Part shown: positions 19,323-29,225 of the stretch, one piece after another | Layout of the letters: each line of letters begins with the position of its first letter | How positions within the stretch are numbered: the first letter of the stretch is position 1 | Sequence record: MT774381.1 | Length of the DNA: 40,000 nt | Strand: one strand, 5' to 3' | Source of the DNA: an uncultured phage cr3_1 | Made by a program: the position numbers and the translations under genes | Notes under the pieces: model-generated | The model's database searches: none | The model's input: the letters and a program-made list of their open reading frames with translations, nothing else | What the model was told of the DNA's origin: nothing

Positions 19323-22300
19323 ATAGGGTTTGAGTTATTCCACTATATTTTTTAAGAAGAGCTTTACCACTTTTAGTTCTATGTATAGGATCACCTTTTT
19401 GAGATGGTGAAATACCAAGTTTAATAGGATTAATAATTTTCATAGCTTCATTAAAGTAATATTGATAATTAATATCTCTTAAAGAAATATCTTTATCGTC
19501 AAGACTATTAAGAATTGTACACTTATAACCAGCACATAGTTTGTTTCTAATATTAGCTAAAGGGTTAACTTTTTCTACAATAGTACCATTATTAGAAACA
19601 TAGAATCTACAATTTCTTTGAGAAACTTTACGAATAATGTTACCATTTTCTACAATAGTCTCTTCAACATGAAATTGTTTACCAATATTTTGTGTTTTAC
19701 AGAAATCAAGAATATTCTTTGCTTTATATAAAGTATCCATTACAGGAATTTTATATAAAAAATAGTTAACTACTGCTTCAGCAACAATAGGCATATCATA
19801 CCCTTTCTTTAAATCTTCAAGATACATCTTTGGATTTAAAGCTCCTTTTGCAGTAATTTTACCGTTATATTCCTGAATAAAATAATTATTGCGTATTTGT
19901 TATCTCTACTTTCATAGAGTGTCGGACTATATCTTCATTATTTATCATCTTTAATTCTTTCAACATAAACATCTTTATATGTTACAATAGTTACTGGCTT
20001 GGCAAATTGATTATTCACACGTTTATTATTAGTAAAAATACTAAATTTACGAATCGCTACCCCATAACCAATATCTTTAAGTTGTTTATAAGTTAATAAA
20101 GAATATATTTTAACTTTATTAATATTATAAACATTATATAAATATTTACTTAAATTATTAGTCATAATTTTAGATTGTTGTTCTCTTCTTTTAGTATTGT
20201 CTTTCCAGTAATTTTTCATTGTATCAGAATGAGTATCTCTAATACCTTCAAGCCATTGTTGTTTAGTTTGTAACTTTTTTATAAGTTTAGTTAAATTATT
20301 ACAAATATATTTACCGTTTACATCTAATCTTAAATTATAACCAATTTTAGAATTAATAGAATCATATTTTAGTATATATTTAGTTTCTTTATTTTTCAGT
20401 TCTTTATTGGTTATATTAGAATCTATTTCTTCAAGAATTTCAACATTAAAATTATTAATTCCATATTTAATTAAATCATTATAAAAACGAACATTGTAAT
20501 ATTTTAAAGGGTTAAGTTTCTTTACATCATTTCTATAATGATTAATTCTATTTTTTAGATTAGTAGTAGAACCAATAATAATTAGATGATTGATTTCATT
20601 TGTAATTTTGTAAATGCAAACAACAGTAGGAATGTTTTCTGTAAGTTTCATAATAATACAAGTTTAAAAAGTTAATACTTGTACAATATACAAATAATTG
20701 TTTACATTTACAAATAATTATTAACAATAAATAATGCTCGGCGCTTCGACAATAATATGTTTATTGCCTACTCTACTAAGTTCAACATCGGTAAAATGTT
20801 GCTTTTCGATAGTCTCTGAACCTTTATCTTTATTAAGACGCTTGGCTGCTGATTGTCATGCAACATAATAGTTGTTTAGAGTTCCAGCAATTCACCGAGT
20901 TAAGACACCAATAATCAATGTCTCTATTTATATAACATTTATATTCTTCGCTATCAGCATCAAGTCCAGTAAGTTGTTTCCAATTATTAGCAATAGTATT
21001 AAAAGTTTCGATTTTATCTTCATATAGTTTTACAACTATACCATCAGTATTAGCGCTAATTACTTTTATCCCATTCAATTCCAATTCTTCACATAGCATC
21101 ATAATCATTAACTGCCCATTAATAGTAACTTTAAGTACTGCAAGTCTATCACATAAATCACCATGTTCAAAACCAAGTTTACCATAAATAGCGTTAATAA
21201 CAATTTTAAGAACAGCGGCTAATACATTAGCTGGAACTCCATCAATATCTCCTTTGGTATGTTTAGCTGTAACGCGAGTATCTCTAATCCATTTGATAAG
21301 TTTAACAAAAACTTTCTGGTCAAGATGAGCAGGTGCTACACCATATTGTACCATTATTGACGGGTAGAAGCTGGAGATGTCCCAATGGACATATTTAAAT
21401 CTTTTTAATGAAGCTTTTATTTGTTCCCCCGTAGAGGAAGCATCATCTGTCGGCCAATGACTATATAAAGCTCCCGGGATATCTTTACTATGTAAACCAC
21501 CAGTAGCAATAGTATAAACTCCATCATTAATAGAAATCTCTTTACTGAACGCATCTTTACCAATAGAAAATACTACTACCTCTTTCATTTCTCGTAACAT
21601 CTTCTGTAAAGGCTCTGTCTTAAAATTAATAAAGTCAAATATAACTTTCTTAAAAGCCATAGCTTTACGTTCAGTCTTTCTACCTTTCCATTGAGAAGGA
21701 TGAAGTCCACTCATTTCAGAATAGAACTTTTCAATAAAAGCATCAGAAATATTACTTCTACTTGCAGAAAGAACATTTAGTCCATAAGAACGAGCAATAT
21801 TATATCTCAAACGAATTTCATCAATATTAAGACGTATCATTTCACAACCAATAAAACAGTCGTTTTTATTATAATACATCATAGGAGGAATATATTCATC
21901 AATAATAAATCTTTCCCATTTAGTAATAAGAGAATTTAATTGAAGAATAGTCATTCCTTTATACCTATCAATAGTATGATAATAATGTACGTCTTTTTCA
22001 CATATAGGCGGTAATTCAAACTCTAATAACTCGTACCATTGTAAATTAATAGATGTTTGTTTAAGACTTTTAGGAACAGGTTTACGTTCACCATTTTTAT
22101 CTATAATAACACTTGCTTTATTTAAAGCAAATATTTGCATTATATCAATATCAGTATAAGGAAGTTTAAATTTATTCAAAGCATTAATATAAAAATCATT
22201 CTTATTATAAGATCGATCTTCATTTTGATTTTGAATAATTTTTTGTGAAGTTTCATATAATATTTTGATAAGTTCTTTAGTACCATTAACGTTATTATGG

Positions 22301-22665
22301 TGCATAAGCAAAGCTGCTATCATAAACTTATCATATTTGCCACTATTATAACCATACATATGAGTTGTAACAGGAATATCATCACCGTTATCATTTTTCT
22401 CATAATGAGGTCTCATATCACTAATAGCTTTAAGCATAGCAAATAATTGACTATCATCAGTATCAGTGATATAATAACTTTCAAATTTAACTGAATCTAA
22501 TCTTTTCTTAATTTCAGCAACAGTAAGTTTTTGAACAAGAGGTATTGGATTTCCTTTTTCATCACAAATATCTTTCATTGTTTCAAGATAGGAAGTAATA
22601 TCTATAATAGTAATAGAAAAGAAATTCTTTAGAATTTCGACATCGTAAAACTTTGATCTTATCAT
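19300..22665 (-). CDS. Family B DNA polymerase, interrupted by group I intron: join(complement 22665..20918, complement 19891..19300), 779 aa
   Basis: Motif A DISSFYPSIM, motif B KIVINAIYGKLG, motif C-like SANTDGIVV. Splicing gives in-frame ...CYINRDI-NNYFIQEYNGKITAKGAL...; the two exons total 2340 nt (780 codons). Confidence 0.85.
19892..20917 (-). mobile_element. Group I self-splicing intron (1026 nt) in PolB gene
   Basis: Conserved core on minus strand: AATCAGCAGC (about 20841-20854), GTTCAGAGACTA (20810-20821), AAGATATAGTCC (19924-19935). P1: exon AGACAT pairs with intron GTGTCT with a U:G at the splice site; intron ends in G. Confidence 0.9.
19938..20651 (-). CDS. Intron-encoded GIY-YIG homing endonuclease
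   Basis: 237 aa; VCIYKITNEINHLIIIGSTTNLKNRINHY; lies between the P7 5' strand and the P7 3' strand of the intron. Confidence 0.85.
   Translation of the reverse strand: MKLTENIPTVVCIYKITNEINHLIIIGSTTNLKNRINHYRNDVKKLNPLKYYNVRFYNDLIKYGINNFNVEILEEIDSNITNKELKNKETKYILKYDSINSKIGYNLRLDVNGKYICNNLTKLIKKLQTKQQWLEGIRDTHSDTMKNYWKDNTKRREQQSKIMTNNLSKYLYNVYNINKVKIYSLLTYKQLKDIGYGVAIRKFSIFTNNKRVNNQFAKPVTIVTYKDVYVERIKDDK
21423..21441. repeat. Dispersed element inside PolB exon 1 (read as ASSTGEQ)
   Basis: GTTCCCCCGTAGAGGAAGC. Confidence 0.85.
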
Positions 22666-22666
22666 A

Positions 22667-23236
22667 TCATCTATTTAATAGTTGAACCATAAGTAAACCA
22701 AAGTGTTTTTTAAATATTTCCCATAATTGTTTATCAGTATAAAAAACATTAGGATTAATAAGACGATGAAGTCTTGCATATCCACAATTATCTTCATTAC
22801 CTAATAAATTATGAGTATATGGTCCTAATAATACAATATCAGTAGGATGAATTTTATATAATTCATACTTTAGAATAGCTTTACATTGTTTATATGCTTC
22901 TGCAAAAGTATTATAATCATTTAATCTATGACATTTTGTAGCAAAAGTAATATAAACATCTTCAAACATATTTCTATTAGTATAAGAACTATATATGGCA
23001 GCTAATATATTTATTATGTTACTATTTTCAAAATATTGTTCTTCAATAGTAGGTAATACTAATACTGTATTTGTTACAATAGTTCCAGTACCAAATACAA
23101 TAGTTTCCTCGTCTTTAGCAAAAAGTCTATTAGGGCATTTAGAACAATATTCACATCTGCTTTTAACGAGTTTAGTTTGGACAAAACTTATACCATCTCG
23201 TCCATATCTTTCAGCACTTGGTCCTCTCCTACCCAT
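22667..23236 (-). CDS. Uracil-DNA glycosylase superfamily-like protein
   Basis: 189 aa; CEYCSKCPNRLF..., TFATKCHR..., CKAILKYELYKIHPTDIVLLGPYT resembles family 4/5 UDGs. Confidence 0.5.
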   Translation of the reverse strand: MGRRGPSAERYGRDGISFVQTKLVKSRCEYCSKCPNRLFAKDEETIVFGTGTIVTNTVLVLPTIEEQYFENSNIINILAAIYSSYTNRNMFEDVYITFATKCHRLNDYNTFAEAYKQCKAILKYELYKIHPTDIVLLGPYTHNLLGNEDNCGYARLHRLINPNVFYTDKQLWEIFKKHFGLLMVQLLNR

Positions 23237-23237
23237 A

Positions 23238-24692
23238 CTATTCTCCGTAACATAGTATTAATTCTTTACGAGCACGAGAACAAGCAACATATAATCTACG
23301 AAGAAGATCATCTTGGTTAGAATATGGAGCACCATATCTATCATAAACCATATCATTAACATCCACAAAAACTGTATCATAAGTGGAGCCCTGACTCTTG
23401 TGACTTGTTATAGCAAAACCATAATCAATATCACGTGAAAATAGTATTTTTCCGTCACGACCTACAATATTTGTAGCGAGTATATATTTTTTCTTAAAGT
23501 CATAGTATTGTCTCCATTTAGCTCCTCTATCTCCATTACGAGCAGTTTTAGCATCATTTATCAAACTTGTAATGACTTGATAATATTTCTGAATACTAAA
23601 TTTATCTCTATGATTAATAATAAATAGAGGACGAGTAATCATACCGCCATGAACCATTTGGAACTTAACAAGAAATCCATTAAACCCATATGTAGCATCT
23701 ACATAATCAACAATATCTTTAACCACATATTCTTCACTATTGTTAATAACAGTTTCCATGAACTCATTTACAATAGTTTCATACGACATGATTAAGTCAT
23801 TTTTAGTAATAATACTTTTATCTGAGTCAGCAATAATAGAATGACGAATATAGTTATTCCAAGAAGTAACACAATTATTTGTATATGCTACAATTCTATA
23901 CATATCTATATTCTTAGTATATAATTCATCATTAAATGATTTATCAATAAGTTCTTTAAATTTAGCTTTACCACAAACAATAAATCCCTCATTAAATTCA
24001 TTGTAATTTGCAGCGCCTCGCATTCTACTAATATATTCAATAAAACGATAAGTTCTGTTGTCAATATCTTCTCGAAGTATATCAAGTAAAATTTTAATAG
24101 GATTAGTAGCTTCTTGTCTTACTATCTGTTTAAGATAATAAACTTTAGTGCATTTAGTAAATGCCGCACTTTTCTTCTCATTTACGGGGGGAAGCTGGCT
24201 GGCATCACCTTGCATTATGATCTTAACTTTATTCTCTTTACAAGTCTTTATAATATAGTTTAGCAATTTAATCGGTAACATTGAAGCTTCATCTATAATA
24301 AGCAGTCTAATGTCTGCAATTTTAGGAGAAGCCATAGGATTAAATTGAGGATGTTCCGGATCAAAATCTTCAAGTCTTAAATCAAGACGAAGACCAAAAG
24401 TAGATTGAATAGTTTCTACTTTCTTACCATGAATAGCTGCGCTTAACACACGACAAGCCTTATGAGTAGGAGCGGTACATTTAATAACACTTAAACTGTA
24501 CCTACAATGATTAATAATATAATCAGTAATAAATGTTTTACCAGTTCCACCAGCACCGCATAAACCTCTAATAAAATCTACATCGGACCAAGGAGTAGCA
24601 ATAAAATCAATAAGATTCTTAATAGCTACCTCTTGGTCCTTTGTAAATTCAATTCGTTTATCCGAAGCTTCACCAGCTACGTTAAACTCCAT
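23238..24692 (-). CDS. SF1 DNA helicase (Dda/RecD-like)
   Basis: 484 aa; Walker A GAGGTGKT, LLIIDEASM, QGDASQLPPV, GFAITSHKSQGSTYDTVFVD, RRLYVACSRARKEL. Confidence 0.9.
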   Translation of the reverse strand: MEFNVAGEASDKRIEFTKDQEVAIKNLIDFIATPWSDVDFIRGLCGAGGTGKTFITDYIINHCRYSLSVIKCTAPTHKACRVLSAAIHGKKVETIQSTFGLRLDLRLEDFDPEHPQFNPMASPKIADIRLLIIDEASMLPIKLLNYIIKTCKENKVKIIMQGDASQLPPVNEKKSAAFTKCTKVYYLKQIVRQEATNPIKILLDILREDIDNRTYRFIEYISRMRGAANYNEFNEGFIVCGKAKFKELIDKSFNDELYTKNIDMYRIVAYTNNCVTSWNNYIRHSIIADSDKSIITKNDLIMSYETIVNEFMETVINNSEEYVVKDIVDYVDATYGFNGFLVKFQMVHGGMITRPLFIINHRDKFSIQKYYQVITSLINDAKTARNGDRGAKWRQYYDFKKKYILATNIVGRDGKILFSRDIDYGFAITSHKSQGSTYDTVFVDVNDMVYDRYGAPYSNQDDLLRRLYVACSRARKELILCYGE

Positions 24693-25149
24693 TGTTATTC
24701 TTTCTATTTCTTTCTATTTCGTTATAGTGAGTTCTCCAATACAAAAATGCTACTTTAGCATCAACATTTTCATATTCTAATCGTACTTTCTTTATATTAA
24801 ACAAAGTAGTACCATAAGGGTTTAGAAGAAGATTACCTTCAACTACACAACCGGGACAAAAAGGTAAGTATTCTTCAAATACAGTAGTAGCATCGTTTTT
24901 AGTTCTTACAATACATAGTTTTTTACCATCAGTTTTTAACTTACGAGAAAATATATAAGTTTTACCTTTAGTAGAATAACATTCTTTAAGAATAGGAACT
25001 TTTACATCATTTACATTAACATAAAATTTACCATTTATATCAATGCAAACAATACCAGTCATTCCTTTCTTTAAAACTATATATTGTTTAGCCGGTTTAT
25101 GTTCTCTTTTGTCTTTCTTTTTAACAACAGAGAAATTAAAAGTTGACAT
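24682..25149 (-). CDS. Hypothetical protein
   Basis: 155-codon ORF overlapping the helicase start. Confidence 0.6.
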   Translation of the reverse strand: MSTFNFSVVKKKDKREHKPAKQYIVLKKGMTGIVCIDINGKFYVNVNDVKVPILKECYSTKGKTYIFSRKLKTDGKKLCIVRTKNDATTVFEEYLPFCPGCVVEGNLLLNPYGTTLFNIKKVRLEYENVDAKVAFLYWRTHYNEIERNRKNNNGV

Positions 25150-25155
25150 ATGCCA

Positions 25156-25455
25156 TTACTTTTTAGGCATACGAACATCCATCTTTACCATAGAAGCCAT
25201 ACGAAGTTTTTTGACTTTAGGTTCAGATGGTTTATTATCTATTCTTTCACGAACATAAATCTGCGGTCGAAAACCTTTGTCTACACGAGCAAAATACCCA
25301 TGATAATTGACAAGGCAATCAATCTTTCCAAGAGTATGAATACCTACTCCCTCCGCTGCCATAGTGATAGCTTTTTCAGCAGTGTTAATGTTAACCAGCG
25401 AATGACGCTTTAAAGCAGCGATACATTCATTTTCCTCATAATGACGCTTAGCCAT
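25156..25455 (-). CDS. Hypothetical protein (start likely MAKRHYEEN; listed ORF 25156..25530)
   Basis: Upstream ORF ends at 25460, so the internal ATG is more plausible. Confidence 0.55.
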   Translation of the reverse strand: MAKRHYEENECIAALKRHSLVNINTAEKAITMAAEGVGIHTLGKIDCLVNYHGYFARVDKGFRPQIYVRERIDNKPSEPKVKKLRMASMVKMDVRMPKK

Positions 25456-25459
25456 AACT

Positions 25460-25987
25460 TTACAATGAATTAGATTTGTTATTATTTGATATTGTTTGTT
25501 TAATGTTGTTCCCCCGTAGAAGAGCAACACGCTTTTTCCGTTTAATATTCTTATTAATAGTATTAATACAATATGTTAGAACATCAATTCTGGCATAATA
25601 ATCATAACCATCAAACCATGCAGCATTAGTAGTTGTAGTATCTATTTTAATTTTATGTTTTATAGCATAACGTTTAATCTTATTAACGTTTAATTCGGGA
25701 AATACATTTTGTTTTTCGTTATTAAGATTAAAATTACAAACAGATTCAAAATGTTCCATAGAAACAATAGTAAAATACATATTTTTTATTATAAGACATA
25801 TAAATGCGCATCTTTCCTGATTTTTATATTCGTGTATTTCATTAATGGCCCATTTATATATTTCTTTTCGTATAGTTCTTTTAATAGGACTATTAGTTTC
25901 TACACATTTAATTATATGATCTTTATAATCATAAATTATATCAGGTATTTTAGTATTAGTGATAGAGTGATCTATTGTATAATATTT
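25460..25987 (-). CDS. Hypothetical protein; frame is open upstream of the listed ATG at 25780, true start unresolved
   Basis: Open frame TIDHSITNTKIPDIIYDYKDHIIKCVETNSPIKRTIRKEIYKWAINEIHEYKNQERCAFICLIIKN-MYFTIVSMEH... with no ATG/GTG/TTG in the extension. Confidence 0.45.
   Translation of the reverse strand, partial: KYYTIDHSITNTKIPDIIYDYKDHIIKCVETNSPIKRTIRKEIYKWAINEIHEYKNQERCAFICLIIKNMYFTIVSMEHFESVCNFNLNNEKQNVFPELNVNKIKRYAIKHKIKIDTTTTNAAWFDGYDYYARIDVLTYCINTINKNIKRKKRVALLRGNNIKQTISNNNKSNSL
25505..25528. repeat. Dispersed element with extended stem (GTTGTTC...GAGCAAC), read as ALLRGN
   Basis: GTTGTTCCCCCGTAGAAGAGCAAC. Confidence 0.8.
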
Positions 25988-26014
25988 TTATAATTTTCAT
26001 ACAAAATAGACAGA

Positions 26015-26073
26015 ATATCGGCTTTATATTATAAAGTTATACAGATGTTCAACTTTACATATAAAACCGATAT
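26015..26073. repeat. Long near-perfect inverted repeat
   Basis: ATATCGGCTTTATATTATAAAGTT / AACTTTACATATAAAACCGATAT with 12-nt loop. Confidence 0.75.
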
Positions 26074-26159
26074 ATTAAGAGAAAACAAGCCATTGTTAGC
26101 TTATTTGAGTAGATTTAACTTTATTCTGAAAGATAAATGATATTTTTCATATATCAATA

Positions 26160-26489
26160 TTACCATCTTAAATAGCAAAAAGATAATATGAAATATCCTA
26201 TTTTGTAGTACCATTTAACTTTAAGCTCTAAATCAACAGTTTTAGTACGTTCTCGTTTAATACCTAAAGACCATAAAAGATTATGTGCTCGCCATTCACA
26301 AATCATACCAAACATAGTACGAACATGAATAGCATATTCTTTATATCTTCGATGACGTCCTTTAGATATAGCTTTAGCGGTATTAATAATAGTTTTCATT
26401 TCCTTAATATTACGAATTTGAAAACTATTTTCAATACTCGTAACATTAGGAAGAACTATAATTTTTCTATCTTTATATTCAATTAACAT
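26160..26489 (-). CDS. Hypothetical protein
   Basis: 109-codon ORF. Confidence 0.6.
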   Translation of the reverse strand: MLIEYKDRKIIVLPNVTSIENSFQIRNIKEMKTIINTAKAISKGRHRRYKEYAIHVRTMFGMICEWRAHNLLWSLGIKRERTKTVDLELKVKWYYKIGYFILSFCYLRW

Positions 26490-26694
26490 TGTTTATTTTT
26501 AATTTAGTTCCACAAATAGGACAATAGTTTATAACAATACCAGCTACATTAGATTCAGCAGCTTTAAGAATAAAAGAATCAATAACAATGTTATCTCTTT
26601 CATGTTCAAACTTCATAGTGAGAGAACAATAACTATTTTTAGCAAGAATTATTTCTTCCATATCTTCTTGCAATGCTTCACAATATTTACACAT
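26479..26694 (-). CDS. Small zinc-ribbon-like protein
   Basis: 71 aa with CKYC and CPICGTKL. Confidence 0.6.
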   Translation of the reverse strand: MCKYCEALQEDMEEIILAKNSYCSLTMKFEHERDNIVIDSFILKAAESNVAGIVINYCPICGTKLKINNVN

Positions 26695-26698
26695 AATA

Positions 26699-26953
26699 TT
26701 AAGATTTTTTAATTATCCAGCTATATTGAGTATATGAAAACTCTGCAAAATATCGTTTATTTTTATAAACGAAAAGACAACTATCAGATGTATACATTTC
26801 AATCTTAATTTTATATCTTTTATCAGCAGCTATACATTTATGATATTCATTAAGTTGTTTAAATACAAGATTCATAGATTCTTTATTTGCTATATTAATC
26901 TCTCTTGTAAATATAGCATTAAATGCTTCTGTAAGATTTTCTTTTTCACACAT
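26699..26953 (-). CDS. Hypothetical protein
   Basis: 84-codon ORF. Confidence 0.5.
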   Translation of the reverse strand: MCEKENLTEAFNAIFTREINIANKESMNLVFKQLNEYHKCIAADKRYKIKIEMYTSDSCLFVYKNKRYFAEFSYTQYSWIIKKS

Positions 26954-26978
26954 ATCAATATAAGTTTAAGGTTTAGTA

Positions 26979-27062
26979 CCGGGTACAAGAATCGAACTTG
27001 CACGACCATTACTGGCCATTGGATTTTAAGTCCAACGTGTCTACCTATTTCACCAACCCGGT
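26979..27062 (-). tRNA. tRNA-Leu(UAA)
   Basis: 7-bp acceptor ACCGGGT/ACCCGGT, anticodon loop GGA-CTTAAAA-TCC, long variable arm, T-loop GTTCGATTC; CCA not encoded. Confidence 0.9.
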
Positions 27063-27092
27063 ATCACTACGATTAATCGTTTATTTTCATAG

Positions 27093-27503
27093 TTAATCAA
27101 ATATTGTTTGAAAATTATTATCAGAATAATCAAATTCTTCATAATAATAATCAACTTCTTTATCACAACATTCGTAAGGAGGATTTTTACGATGTTCACG
27201 TTCCATAATAGTACTCATACTATTTTCTAAATGTTCAATAAAGAAAGCGTTAATATTAATACAATAATTAATATTATGTAAATTATATTCTTCACCCGGT
27301 GTAGAATTTTCTTTTATATAATCGTCAAAAGTAATAAATTTTTCTTTATCTTCCCATTCAGAAATAGGAATAGAATATTGAGAAATAGTAGTTGCAGCGT
27401 CATTAAACCAACGATATGCATAACCAACAATTACATTGGTTTCATTACGAGAACGTTCACATGCAACAAATTTGTGTTCTTTACTGTATTTTTTTATCTC
27501 CAT
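27093..27503 (-). CDS. Hypothetical protein
   Basis: 136-codon ORF. Confidence 0.6.
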   Translation of the reverse strand: MEIKKYSKEHKFVACERSRNETNVIVGYAYRWFNDAATTISQYSIPISEWEDKEKFITFDDYIKENSTPGEEYNLHNINYCININAFFIEHLENSMSTIMEREHRKNPPYECCDKEVDYYYEEFDYSDNNFQTIFD

Positions 27504-27567
27504 GTAAAAAGAGAAAATCTTTTATAAGAGCTTCTTTAAGATTACTCATATTTAAAGTAGTATTAAA

Positions 27568-27813
27568 TTAATTCCATAAATAAATAAATAAAGTCCAAAG
27601 AAGAGCACAAAGCACAGTAAGTATACTACTAATATTGTTTTGTCTTTTTGCTTGTTCTTGATTTTCAGTAGCAGTTTTTCCACTTATAATAACTGATGTA
27701 TAAGTGATATAATTAGCTACCATCATCATTAAATTCTCAAAGAAAGATAATGTGATTACAATACATATAATAAATAATAACCAAATCATATTATTTAAGT
27801 TTATAATTTCCAT
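27568..27813 (-). CDS. Small two-TM membrane protein
   Basis: 81 aa with N- and C-terminal hydrophobic segments. Confidence 0.5.
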   Translation of the reverse strand: MEIINLNNMIWLLFIICIVITLSFFENLMMMVANYITYTSVIISGKTATENQEQAKRQNNISSILTVLCALLWTLFIYLWN

Positions 27814-28108
27814 TAATTACAATGTCATAAAGTCCATTGAAAGCGTTTTCTATTGTAGTCATTTCAATAATGATACTTTCAATATCTTTTTCTATCCCAT
27901 TGATTTTTATAGTATTCATATATCTTTCATACGAAGGATTATTGCCTACTACAATAGATATAATAGCATCTTTAGTAGTTATATGTTTATAGCCAATACA
28001 AAGTTTACCTTTAAAAGTAATCCAAGTATTAAACATAAAAGTTTCATCTCCGTATTTTATTTCTTTAGGAAGAAGACCAATATCTTCAAGAGTTGTAAGA
28101 TGTGACAT
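27791..28108 (-). CDS. Hypothetical protein
   Basis: 105-codon ORF. Confidence 0.55.
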   Translation of the reverse strand: MSHLTTLEDIGLLPKEIKYGDETFMFNTWITFKGKLCIGYKHITTKDAIISIVVGNNPSYERYMNTIKINGIEKDIESIIIEMTTIENAFNGLYDIVINGNYKLK

Positions 28109-28110
28109 AA

Positions 28111-28419
28111 TTATATTTTTATTATTTCTATGATAGTAAAATTATAAGTATAATTTTGAGATAGTGTATATTCCATATCTATATCTATATTATGAACTAT
28201 ACCAATTACTTTATATAAACCATCCCATTCAGGGTCACGGACTTTAACTAAATCATCGCAAACCAAATCATTATCAACTGTATCTCCGTTTGTATATTTA
28301 CGACATATAAGTCCTCGAATATTAATAACGTCTCCTATTCTATAAGGAATATATTTTAAATTAAAAATATCAGACATTAAAATTTTTCCACCATTATTTC
28401 TTTTAAATTGTACTTTCAT
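28111..28419 (-). CDS. Hypothetical protein
   Basis: 102-codon ORF. Confidence 0.55.
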   Translation of the reverse strand: MKVQFKRNNGGKILMSDIFNLKYIPYRIGDVINIRGLICRKYTNGDTVDNDLVCDDLVKVRDPEWDGLYKVIGIVHNIDIDMEYTLSQNYTYNFTIIEIIKI

Positions 28420-28421
28420 AA

Positions 28422-29024
28422 TTATACTTCGTCAATAAAATAATTAAAATATTTATGTTTATCTATATCTTTATTATGATATTCTTTACCTAAATCGTAA
28501 GCCTTTTCAAGAAGAATTAAAACTTCCTCACGAGTAAACTCTGATTTAATCTTACGAATAGTAATAGTATTATCTTTAGCTATTTTGAGAGTAGTAAGTT
28601 TGAAAAATTCAAACCTATCAATAGAAGCAATTTTTTCTCCATCTTCATTAATAATATCATCAAGTTCGTAATTAGTAGAACTTTCAATTCTTTTAAGAGT
28701 TTCATATTCTACAAGAATATCAGAAATATTACCTTTATTCTTACAGAACTTAATAATAAATTCATTAGACGGACGAGGAAGATTCAAATTTTCATTTGTG
28801 GTAGCTATGACTTTAAATAATTTATTACTTTCTTTGTCATAAACTTTAATATCAGAATTAAATGCAGGTTCGTATGAGCATATCATCATATGATAGAACT
28901 TGAAATCAAACGATGTACCACAACATACATGACACGGATACATTTTACCCGATGGACCAACTTTTAGAGTGCCATACTTTTCGGTAGTTTCAACAAGAAT
29001 AATTTTACATTTTTCGTACTTCAT
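28422..29024 (-). CDS. Hypothetical protein
   Basis: 200-codon ORF. Confidence 0.6.
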   Translation of the reverse strand: MKYEKCKIILVETTEKYGTLKVGPSGKMYPCHVCCGTSFDFKFYHMMICSYEPAFNSDIKVYDKESNKLFKVIATTNENLNLPRPSNEFIIKFCKNKGNISDILVEYETLKRIESSTNYELDDIINEDGEKIASIDRFEFFKLTTLKIAKDNTITIRKIKSEFTREEVLILLEKAYDLGKEYHNKDIDKHKYFNYFIDEV

Positions 29025-29051
29025 AAGTTTTGAATTGTATTAAGTTAAACA

Positions 29052-29094
29052 AAATAAAAAACTCCTCCAATATCATCACGACATAAGAGGAGTA
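29052..29094 (-). terminator. Intrinsic terminator ending the tRNA/structured RNA unit
   Basis: Minus strand ACTCCTC...GAGGAGT followed by TTTTTATTTTG. Confidence 0.75.
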
Positions 29095-29118
29095 TGTGTC
29101 CGCAGCAGATGGACACTA

Positions 29119-29184
29119 AATGAATCAGTCGAATTAATTGGCTATGGAAGTGCTATACTGACAAATACGGATGACTGATTCATT
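29119..29184 (-). ncRNA. Candidate structured RNA, 66 nt (element A)
   Basis: Perfect 12-bp closing stem AATGAATCAGTC / GACTGATTCATT, between tRNA-Glu and the terminator. Strand assumed from context. Confidence 0.5.
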
Positions 29185-29225
29185 AATATTAAAGGATGTG
29201 CCTAACGAGTAGCGAACCTACTCCG

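Noticed and set aside
19828-19891. Treating 19300..19827 as an independent 175-aa gene
   Set aside because: Frame continues upstream to the 3' splice site and restores the polymerase sequence.
20833-20917. Apparent C terminus of PolB exon 1 (DYWCLNSVNCWNSKQLLCCMTISSQAS)
   Set aside because: This is read-through into the group I intron, not polymerase sequence.
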